DNA of 64,000 nucleotides, from IMG/VR virus record IMGVR_UViG_2639763153_000002; one strand, given 5' to 3'. The notes beneath the pieces were generated by a model. That model saw nothing but the letters and a program-made list of their open reading frames with translations. It ran no database searches and had not been told where the DNA came from. The stretch is from a virus (taxonomy: Duplodnaviria > Heunggongvirae > Uroviricota > Caudoviricetes). The position numbers and the translations under genes were made by a program. Positions 27,673 through 35,723 of this stretch are shown piece by piece; the first letter of the stretch is position 1; the number at the start of each line of letters is the position of its first letter.

Positions 27673-28509
27673 TTAAGGCAGCGCCGATGGGCTGGTAGGT
27701 ATGGTGTCACCTGCGTATTTCCCGCCAGCGTTAAAGTTGGCATTAAACAGCCGCTGCTCTGCTGCCACAATATCAGCCTGTGCCATCCCGGATGCGTCAA
27801 TATCAATCAGGTGCGTCCGGTACATTACAAACGACTTGCAATTATTATTCACCAGCGCGCCGAAACCCGACGCCGCCCCCCACACAGGCATATCCTGATA
27901 ATAAATAGTGTCTGTAAAGTCAGTTCCGTTTTTATCCGATTGCAGGCTGAACTGCGCCGGGCCCGCAGAAACGGCGTTCGGTAAACGGGCTACGATCAGG
28001 CGGTTCGTTGAGGGGGACGTTTGTGACGAAATCAGCACCTCAGTGGTCTGCGTTGCAGGTGTTCCACTGCCAACACGGGTAACTTGATAGTGCATAATGA
28101 GCAGGAATTTATGATCGTGCTGATGTTCGGCCACATACGGCATGATACCCGGGCAGGTAAACCGCCCTCGGTGACCAGATACCTGATTCACCAGTGACAG
28201 AATACCGTGAACCCCTCCTTTTGCCGTCCTTTCAAATTTCGCCTCCGGCGCAGAACCGGTGGTGACCAGCGTGTTATTCCATGCCACCTTCAAATCAGCC
28301 GCGGTTTTCCCTGTCAGTTCTGCGGCCACTTCTGCCGCCAGGTTATCGGTATATACCGTTGTTCCGGTTGCCGAGAAATTGAAAGCGGGGTCTATCATCA
28401 CGGCGTCCAGCAAAAACAACGATCCGGGATTCAGCCCCGGATAGTTGTAGAGGATCGGCAATCTTGAATCCGTGAAATTCGCCCCATAGAGATTAACGAC
28501 CTGTCCCAT
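27673..28509 (-). CDS. Tail fibre-associated protein (distal fibre/receptor-binding partner)
   Basis: 278 aa downstream of the fibre gene. No recognisable motif. Confidence 0.5.
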   Translation of the reverse strand: MGQVVNLYGANFTDSRLPILYNYPGLNPGSLFLLDAVMIDPAFNFSATGTTVYTDNLAAEVAAELTGKTAADLKVAWNNTLVTTGSAPEAKFERTAKGGVHGILSLVNQVSGHRGRFTCPGIMPYVAEHQHDHKFLLIMHYQVTRVGSGTPATQTTEVLISSQTSPSTNRLIVARLPNAVSAGPAQFSLQSDKNGTDFTDTIYYQDMPVWGAASGFGALVNNNCKSFVMYRTHLIDIDASGMAQADIVAAEQRLFNANFNAGGKYAGDTIPTSPSALP

Positions 28510-28517
28510 TCTTCACC

Positions 28518-31244
28518 TCATTTGAAAAAATAATTGTTGTTCAGGATGTCAGCAATACCGTCCCGTGCCGGGATCGGTGTGTATCCTTCGCCCAGGTCAA
28601 AACCCGCACCGCCAAACGCCAGCGCCTGGCCTCCGGCCTGGCTGAGATGGGTGATATCGATGGCAATTTCTGACCAGGAGCCGTTGTTATTCACGATGAC
28701 ATTTCCCACCGTACCGGCTGCAATCCGCAGATAGTAATCAGCATGTGAGCCACCGGAAGGCGTCCCGGCGTTACTCCAGGTTCCCTGGTAGGTCAGCATG
28801 TTGGTTGTGAGTCCTGAGGGCATCAGCGCGCTGGCAAAAAATGACCACGGCAGCACGCCATATTTCGCGGCAACCTGTTTTTCAGTCATACCAGGGAAAG
28901 TCGGGTCTATGGCATCCGTCGCCGCAGACAACATGATCTCGTACACTACGGCGTGTTGTTCGGGGAACATTCGGCGATACCACTCCGTGAGCTCATAGAG
29001 CGGGCCGGTTCTGGCAAACTGATTTTCATGCTGCGTATAAACCATCCGCACGCCGTTCCATGTCGCCTGACGTTGCCCCATCACAGTAAGGAACAGCACG
29101 CGAATGAACATCGCCCAGGCCAGCTTATGCAGCTTTATGGACGCCTCACGTACCTGGGCGGCCCCCAGATCTGTCGTCGGCTGGTTGTTCTGCCCATGCC
29201 ATGCGCCTATTACCTGCCCAGCCCAGCGATCACCCCAGGATAAAGCCTCTTGCTGGAGCATTCCCACCACTTGATCTGACGTGGAACCGCCATATGAGCG
29301 GACCTCTCCAATACGGCCAGTCGCCGCGATAATCGTTGTGCCAGAGGAACCACTGCCAAACATCGAGTCGCCGATCAGCAGCAGCTTCTGGCAGATCCCC
29401 TGACGCATAGCGTTAGCAACCTGTGCTTTCATCCGCACTGCAACCGACGTCGCCGCTTTATCCGCACGCCTGAACTCCCATTCATCCGCGTTCGCAGCAC
29501 ATCGAAGGCTGATACTCTGCCCGGCAGCAACCGTTGAAACTGGTTCTCCGGCGATCTTTACCCAGTTAACACCATCAAAGATGGCGTAATCGCCAGCCAC
29601 ATACGTTTCCCCGCCAGCGCTCCCGCCAGCTGATGCCTGGTAGAGGACATTCGGACGGTTTGAGCCAGGAAGCCCTGAAGCCGGGGAAAACTCCCCCCCA
29701 TACAGCAGGAGATCACTGGTGGAGTTCAGGACGGCAAATTGTGGCTGCAGAAATCCGCCGCCTGCAGTTTGTAAGGTCAGGAATAACAGCGCGTCACCAG
29801 GAGAGAGCGTCATTCCAGCAAATGTCCCGGCCGAGGTGACCAGATACCAGGTATCGTTCTTTCGCGCTGCTCCAGAGCCAGGTGAGCGCTGAATACTCCA
29901 GCTGGTGCCGTCATAGACCAGCAGATCGCCAAGATAGACGTTCTGCCCGTTCCAGTTTCCCGGCGCAGTTTCCGAAACGCTGGAGTTGGTGTTATATGCC
30001 TCGTAGCTGTAATAGTCGCCAGCTGAAAACGAGCCGGAGGGTGTTGATATCGTCGGGCTGGTCAGTCGTCCCCTGCGGGTGATGGAGGCAACTGAACCGG
30101 GATTAAAAGGAACACCCTGCGCCTTACCGGCAACTTTGAGGCCGAACGACCGCCGATATTCCAGCGCCGTGCCGGTGGTATTCACACCGTACAATGCCCG
30201 GCAGATATGGGATGACAAAGGAACCCATCCCGATCCGTCTTTGTCGTTGGTGCGGGCTGTAAGTTCTGCAATTCGTGATCGTATTGCATCCGGATAAACG
30301 CTCACGACGTCCTGAGCTACCGGCATCAGCGACCCTCGTAATGAATCGGTGAGGTTGTCGGCTGTGATGACGTTTTTACCAATCGCCAGCAGCGGAATCT
30401 CTACCTGGCCCGTAACGGTAACCCGCATCGCACAGCGCCGGGTAACGGGATCAACCCAGGCCATGACATAGCCACTATCCGGAGTCAGGTAAACAGGGAC
30501 AAGCCCCTGCAGATTTGGTGACAGCATCTCCGGTTCAATGGCACCGTCTGCGATTTTCAGCAGCGGAATATCAACCTCACCACTCACCGAAACCCGCAAC
30601 GCCATGCGGCGGGTAACAGGATCTATCCAGGCCATAATGTATCCGGTGGACGGATCAAGGGTCATGGGAATTAACCGTTGAATTTCCTCCTGCAACGCCG
30701 GGCGTTCAATCGACCCGTTCTGGTACTGCAGCAGGGGAATTTCAACCTGGCCGGTAACGGTTACGAGGATGCAGGAACGCTTCGACTCCGGATCGCGAAA
30801 CGCCAGTACATAACCGGTTTCCGGGTTCATGACTTCAGGGATCAGGCCAGACGATTTCAGGCTGTTGATAACATTATCGGTATAGCCCTTTGCCGCCATC
30901 TGTTTGCCGGTGGTCGTGAGTACACCACTGATATTTTTATACTCATCAGCCAGAACGTCACTGAGCGGGCTCAGTACATAAATCACTGCACCATCAGGAA
31001 TGTTTGCGATATCCGCCTGGGCTTTCGACAGGTCTGTATATTGTTTTCCCAGAGGGATCAGGTTTTCCCGCGTATTTTCTACGATTGCCGCGAATGTCTG
31101 CAGCATCAGGCGCCAGGAGTCCAGCGGTTGCCCGGCACGGTCGTTAACCGTACCGGCCGGACCGTTAACGAGTTCGTCCAGGCGAGTGGCGTTATCGAGC
31201 AGCACCGCGGGCGAAGTGCTCCCAAGAGGCGGATCAAAGGCCAT
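28518..31244 (-). CDS. Tail fibre protein: J-docking N-terminus, 3 tandem about 42-aa repeats, C-terminal SGNH/GDSL-type hydrolase domain
   Basis: Repeats GY[VI][LM]A[FW].DP..[KR]R...[LR]V.V.G.V[ED]IPLL. LLLIGDSMFGSGSSG resembles GDSL block I. Confidence 0.75.
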   Translation of the reverse strand: MAFDPPLGSTSPAVLLDNATRLDELVNGPAGTVNDRAGQPLDSWRLMLQTFAAIVENTRENLIPLGKQYTDLSKAQADIANIPDGAVIYVLSPLSDVLADEYKNISGVLTTTGKQMAAKGYTDNVINSLKSSGLIPEVMNPETGYVLAFRDPESKRSCILVTVTGQVEIPLLQYQNGSIERPALQEEIQRLIPMTLDPSTGYIMAWIDPVTRRMALRVSVSGEVDIPLLKIADGAIEPEMLSPNLQGLVPVYLTPDSGYVMAWVDPVTRRCAMRVTVTGQVEIPLLAIGKNVITADNLTDSLRGSLMPVAQDVVSVYPDAIRSRIAELTARTNDKDGSGWVPLSSHICRALYGVNTTGTALEYRRSFGLKVAGKAQGVPFNPGSVASITRRGRLTSPTISTPSGSFSAGDYYSYEAYNTNSSVSETAPGNWNGQNVYLGDLLVYDGTSWSIQRSPGSGAARKNDTWYLVTSAGTFAGMTLSPGDALLFLTLQTAGGGFLQPQFAVLNSTSDLLLYGGEFSPASGLPGSNRPNVLYQASAGGSAGGETYVAGDYAIFDGVNWVKIAGEPVSTVAAGQSISLRCAANADEWEFRRADKAATSVAVRMKAQVANAMRQGICQKLLLIGDSMFGSGSSGTTIIAATGRIGEVRSYGGSTSDQVVGMLQQEALSWGDRWAGQVIGAWHGQNNQPTTDLGAAQVREASIKLHKLAWAMFIRVLFLTVMGQRQATWNGVRMVYTQHENQFARTGPLYELTEWYRRMFPEQHAVVYEIMLSAATDAIDPTFPGMTEKQVAAKYGVLPWSFFASALMPSGLTTNMLTYQGTWSNAGTPSGGSHADYYLRIAAGTVGNVIVNNNGSWSEIAIDITHLSQAGGQALAFGGAGFDLGEGYTPIPARDGIADILNNNYFFK
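30440..30830. repeat. Three tandem about 126-bp coding repeats inside the fibre gene
   Basis: Three similar DNA units (gcagcggaat... ...gtaacggt/gaaac...) seen by eye, matching the protein repeats. Confidence 0.65.
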
Positions 31245-31290
31245 GTTTTTTGCTCCAAAAAAGGCGTTCGCCCAAACGAGGGTTTGAGCG
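31239..31290. repeat. Perfect about 52-bp inverted repeat (right copy)
   Basis: Reverse complement of 25286..25337. Confidence 0.8.
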
Positions 31291-31319
31291 AAAGAAAAGT
31301 TGAAAGGGATTTTTTGGTA

Positions 31320-34300
31320 TTAAGCAGCGTCGCCAGGGTATGTGGCGTCGTCGTACTGGTAGAACGATTCCAGGTATTCTTTAGCGGTGACCTGGCAGGT
31401 TCCGTCTGATTGCGGGGCGATCTCCTCTACAATGGCGTCGTAGACGTGGCGCGTTGAGCCGCAGAACACCAGGCGGATCGGCTCGATGGTTGCCGACGAC
31501 AGGTCAACCTTCATCGGGTCATCAAACTCGCTCAGGTGCGGGACTGACAGCTGAAAATCACCCACCCTGCTCGCCACCATCAGCCCGGATGCAGAGCCAT
31601 CCTGATAACGAATCAGCGCGCGGGGATTTTCGAAAGACCAGTCCAGCGGCTCCGTGACGGTGAACGTTGTCACGCCACCAGCCGTTGTCATCGCCTCCAC
31701 CAGACAGGAAATCGTGTTGTTACCCGGAATATCATCCGTGAGCACAATGCGATCGCCCGTGTTGTAGCACAGCGCGTCCAGCTCGGTAGTGGTCTGGAAC
31801 GTCACCCGCTGCTGCAGGTATTTCATCAGGCGACGCATGCCGATCTGGTAGGCGTGATCCTGATTCAGTACCCCATCGAGTTTGTAATTCTCGATTTTCA
31901 CTGGCGTGGGATTGTCCGGCGTCCGGCATTTAACGGTCTCCTCCGCCCAGGTAGTCCCGTTGATGTATGTCACGTCGACGCCATCAAAATCATCGTCGGA
32001 CGGTACGGTAAATCCGCTCTGCAGCTCCTCCACCATCTCATGCGGAGTGATCACGCCAGTCCAGGGCTTAATCCCCTCACGGTTGACCGTCGCCAGGCCA
32101 TCACTCAGCAGAAAACGTGACTTCCCGGCATTGGCTATCTTCTGCAGCATTTCCAGCGCTGAGATACTGTCGCCGGTAGCAAAGTCGAAATTTTCGCCCC
32201 GTGGCGTCCAGTACGCGGATTCCAGCGCAGTGATGGTGTCGACGTCCATCTCCAGCCCCAGCGAGTTTCCGACATGCATCAGAGCCCCCGAGATAGTTCT
32301 GGCCGTTCCGGTTTCATAGGCGCGGGTGGCCACAACGTTTACGCGGCGGTCCGACTGCGCCGCCAGCTTCCCGCCCGTCTCGACGGTCACCGCCATCAGC
32401 GACACGCCGGGATAGGATGAAGGTCGTGTCAGCAGACGCCCGCGCAGTGCCTGCCAGTACATCGAATCCCTGGCGTTGTTTGAGCCCTGCTCATTGCGCC
32501 GGCGACAGCGAACCTCTACCAGCCCTGGTGAGCTGAGGGTGATCCGCTCAGTGAATCCCAGCCCGTTGACGTTTTTAAGCGCATACTCTCCCTGGTGACT
32601 CACCCACCCCGAACCGGAACCGTAGACGCGATACTGAATCTCCCACTCAACGTGGCGGATCCGTTTTTTGCCCTTGCTGTCAAAGCCACAGATGCCGTTC
32701 GGGAAGGAGAAATTCACCTCGAACATATCGACGGTCTCATTTTCAGGGCAAACCAGGAACGGCCCCAGCCAGCTCAGCGTGTCGTTAAGACCAGTGGCCT
32801 CATAGTCGATCATCGTCCGGGCGGTGAATCCCGGCCATGACTCATCAACGGCACCATTAACCAGGCGCGCCACCGTCGCCGTCGTGCCGTCAGCTGACAC
32901 AATCCGGTACTCATTCCCGCGGTGAGCAAGTGAAAGCCGTTGCACCCCCTCCGGCATCCCGGAGAATGCGGTGCCCGTGGCAGAGTTATAGGCGAGTGTC
33001 ACATTCGCCGTTACCGCCGGGCTGCCGCCGGTTGATGCCGTGCCGGAGGTGTAAACCGGGGCATCACCGAAAACAGCTGCAGGCAGCGAAGAGGACGTGA
33101 TCGCCCCACCCGCGAACGGACTGGCCGACTCGGTTATCAGTACGGTGCCGCCGTTGTCCTGCGCAACCAGGCCGGAGCCGGTGAGTCCCTCGGTGATGGC
33201 CGCCAGCACTCCCGACATCGAGACGTAGTTAGCCACCAGCGACACCGGGTAGGTAACCCCCTGCCAGGTGATCGTGAACGTGCTGGAGCTGGTCGAAAAA
33301 TCGTAGGTGGTCGGGGCCGCACTGGCCTGGACTTTTGCCGCACTCCCCCCGGTGCCGGGCACTGCAGCCTGACCGGGGGTATATGACGCGATAAACAGAT
33401 CGTAATCGACAGAGTTAAACCCCAGCGTCACCGGCATACCTACTACCGGCGCGATCTCCGTCAGCAGCGGGCTTGCGATAACGCTGTATCCGGCCGCCGT
33501 GGTGATCTGGTAGTTCGCCGGGGCTTTAAGTTCGACCACGGCGCCAGCGACCCAGCTGGGCGGCAGTGCGTTATCGTTCTCGTCATTATCGTCATCATCA
33601 TCCGTATCCAGCCCCGTAAACGTCACGCTCGATCCGGAGACGGTCATGCTGTCTGCGATAATGTCGTCTGCGTCCGGCGACGTCTGGGCCATATCCAGCC
33701 CGGTGCCGGATGACGTCCCGCCAACTTCGGTGGAGTTGACCCAGTTTTCGCTGCGCTCATCACCGGAAACGTCCGCGCCTGGCGGGTAATGGGTGCTGCT
33801 GAATCCCGGTAGCGTTGAAGCTGGCGTACTGCCAACCCTGATATCGCCATTGGTATAAATCAGATCACCGACACCGAGACACAGCAGCATCTGGACGCGC
33901 ATTTTCGTAGGATCGGCGGCATCAAACCGGGTAACCGGCTGCACCACATAATCAGGGTAGATACGCACCCGGCCAAAAACCTCACGAATGGCATCACCGA
34001 GTTTTGCGGTATTCGCCTTTGCCGGGTTCAGGTCGAGACTCCGCCCTGTAGATGAGGTATAGCCTCCCGTATCGATGTTGCTCATCATAAACAGCGAATA
34101 GGCTGCAGCGGCAACGGAGATACCGACGCCGATCCACGCGATTGTGGCTGCCTCCAGCCCGAAGGGAACCGGATAAAGCCTGACATCACTATCAGGGCGA
34201 ATCACACACTTAGCCCACTCGCCTGGCGGAATTAACAGCCCCTCAACCTCAACGGTCAGCGGTGGGACATCCCGATCCTCGTAGCCTTCAACATTTGCCA

Positions 34301-34388
34301 CCAGCCAGCTGCGAATACTGGTTACACCATGCTCATGCGTTTCGAGTGGTTCACCGGGAAGCCGGGACGGGTAAAAACGAATGGTCAT
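31320..34388 (-). CDS. Host specificity protein J with fused I-like N-terminus (prophage B)
   Basis: 1022 aa. Long identical stretches with 22177..25254 (e.g. GLVEVRCRRRNEQGSNNARDSM). Identical C-terminus FYQYDDATYPGDAA. Confidence 0.9.
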   Translation of the reverse strand: MTIRFYPSRLPGEPLETHEHGVTSIRSWLVANVEGYEDRDVPPLTVEVEGLLIPPGEWAKCVIRPDSDVRLYPVPFGLEAATIAWIGVGISVAAAAYSLFMMSNIDTGGYTSSTGRSLDLNPAKANTAKLGDAIREVFGRVRIYPDYVVQPVTRFDAADPTKMRVQMLLCLGVGDLIYTNGDIRVGSTPASTLPGFSSTHYPPGADVSGDERSENWVNSTEVGGTSSGTGLDMAQTSPDADDIIADSMTVSGSSVTFTGLDTDDDDDNDENDNALPPSWVAGAVVELKAPANYQITTAAGYSVIASPLLTEIAPVVGMPVTLGFNSVDYDLFIASYTPGQAAVPGTGGSAAKVQASAAPTTYDFSTSSSTFTITWQGVTYPVSLVANYVSMSGVLAAITEGLTGSGLVAQDNGGTVLITESASPFAGGAITSSSLPAAVFGDAPVYTSGTASTGGSPAVTANVTLAYNSATGTAFSGMPEGVQRLSLAHRGNEYRIVSADGTTATVARLVNGAVDESWPGFTARTMIDYEATGLNDTLSWLGPFLVCPENETVDMFEVNFSFPNGICGFDSKGKKRIRHVEWEIQYRVYGSGSGWVSHQGEYALKNVNGLGFTERITLSSPGLVEVRCRRRNEQGSNNARDSMYWQALRGRLLTRPSSYPGVSLMAVTVETGGKLAAQSDRRVNVVATRAYETGTARTISGALMHVGNSLGLEMDVDTITALESAYWTPRGENFDFATGDSISALEMLQKIANAGKSRFLLSDGLATVNREGIKPWTGVITPHEMVEELQSGFTVPSDDDFDGVDVTYINGTTWAEETVKCRTPDNPTPVKIENYKLDGVLNQDHAYQIGMRRLMKYLQQRVTFQTTTELDALCYNTGDRIVLTDDIPGNNTISCLVEAMTTAGGVTTFTVTEPLDWSFENPRALIRYQDGSASGLMVASRVGDFQLSVPHLSEFDDPMKVDLSSATIEPIRLVFCGSTRHVYDAIVEEIAPQSDGTCQVTAKEYLESFYQYDDATYPGDAA

Positions 34389-34765
34389 TGCCAGAACTCC
34401 ACTTTGACAAATCGCCGCTTAAACCGCGGCAACGGCAGAAAGGTGACGTTCGTTCCCGGATTGCATTCCGCCACATGCAGCAGACCATCGATACTGACCA
34501 CGATCCCTACGTGGGTGACAGTCGACCCGGAATAACAGGCCACCCCGGCCCCTTCGCAGGGTTCGCAGCGCTCAAGGGTAAGCATCATCCTGCGCGCTTC
34601 CCGGTCGAGGCCGCCGTCGTCTTTGGTGACCCCTGCAAAATCGGGCCAGACGGGTAAATTCAGGTCGCGGCGTATCTCGTTCACAATGCCGAAACAGTCA
34701 AGTTGCGGGTATACGCGCCCGCCCTTCAGCCAGGTGACTGAACGGTATTTATCAGGGTTAAACAT
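34385..34765 (-). CDS. Tail assembly protein K-like C40 peptidase
   Basis: Paralogue of 21800..22180. Confidence 0.8.
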   Translation of the reverse strand: MFNPDKYRSVTWLKGGRVYPQLDCFGIVNEIRRDLNLPVWPDFAGVTKDDGGLDREARRMMLTLERCEPCEGAGVACYSGSTVTHVGIVVSIDGLLHVAECNPGTNVTFLPLPRFKRRFVKVEFWQ

Positions 34766-34774
34766 TGGGATTCC

Positions 34775-35257
34775 TTAGCTGATATAACGCAGTCCGGGGA
34801 ATACAGGGAGCGTGTAGCGGTATCGCGGCCAGGCGGTATCGAGGATATTCATGTAGCCCGCAGTGATCTGCACCTCTGTCGCCGTCCAGGAGCCCGACTT
34901 GATTTTCAGCGTATACGGCACTTCCGCAGGGGCCGCTAAATCCGTGGAGATATAACGCCGGTACGTCAGAAATGCAGACAGACGGTTAGCCAGCGCATTG
35001 CGGATCGCCGTGGACACAACACCATCGATATTGCACAAGGCAAATTTGAGGTCCTGCGTGCCGTCCGCATTGCGCGCCGGCAGCGCAATGTCTATCGAAC
35101 AGGCGGTAAACGTTACGGTATCGCCGTTCTCCGTCGTTGCCGTGATGCTCTCGTAACCCTGGCACAGATAATGGACGTCAGAACCAATGGTGATCTGCAG
35201 CGTTTCAATGATCACCTCCGGGCCGCTGCTGGCGTAGAGGCGTTTAATCTGCGTCAT
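34775..35257 (-). CDS. Minor tail protein (L-like)
   Basis: Paralogue of 21311..21787. Confidence 0.7.
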   Translation of the reverse strand: MTQIKRLYASSGPEVIIETLQITIGSDVHYLCQGYESITATTENGDTVTFTACSIDIALPARNADGTQDLKFALCNIDGVVSTAIRNALANRLSAFLTYRRYISTDLAAPAEVPYTLKIKSGSWTATEVQITAGYMNILDTAWPRYRYTLPVFPGLRYIS

Positions 35258-35723
35258 GCTTCGGCCACTCCTTATTCAGGGCGATATCAAGCAACGAACT
35301 TCCGACTATCCATTCCGGGTAATGCCCCCATCCAGACGGTGGCAATGGGCGCTCCCAGAGTTCTACTGGCGCGGTATATCTCCAGTAAAATCCGCCTTCT
35401 GGAGTGGGACCTTTATAAATATCCGTGAAACGACACACGTAATTTTTCAGCCCTACAGGCGTTAATAACGGTATGTTGAACCACGCCGCCCCATCTGATA
35501 ACTCATCCCGAAACCACGCCTCAAAAGCCTGCGCCTGGGCGTCAGAAAAAATCCAGGCCAGATCTGTTTGGGTTGGTGTCGAGGTGTAGGCACGCCGCTG
35601 TCGTGCCCGGCCAGTTACCATCTGAGTCCGTTTCAGAGGAGATACAGGAGTTAAACCAAAACTCTCTTTAAGCGGTCCAGGCAGGTAAGCGGAGGGGTAA
35701 TAAAGCGTTGTGGTGATAGCCAT
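35244..35723 (-). CDS. Minor tail protein (M-like)
   Basis: Paralogue of 20851..21303. Confidence 0.7.
   Translation of the reverse strand: MAITTTLYYPSAYLPGPLKESFGLTPVSPLKRTQMVTGRARQRRAYTSTPTQTDLAWIFSDAQAQAFEAWFRDELSDGAAWFNIPLLTPVGLKNYVCRFTDIYKGPTPEGGFYWRYTAPVELWERPLPPSGWGHYPEWIVGSSLLDIALNKEWPKHDAD

Noticed and set aside
30678-31409. 243-aa ORF antisense to the tail fibre gene
   Set aside because: Antisense artefact inside a conserved fibre gene. Spans the J-fibre junction
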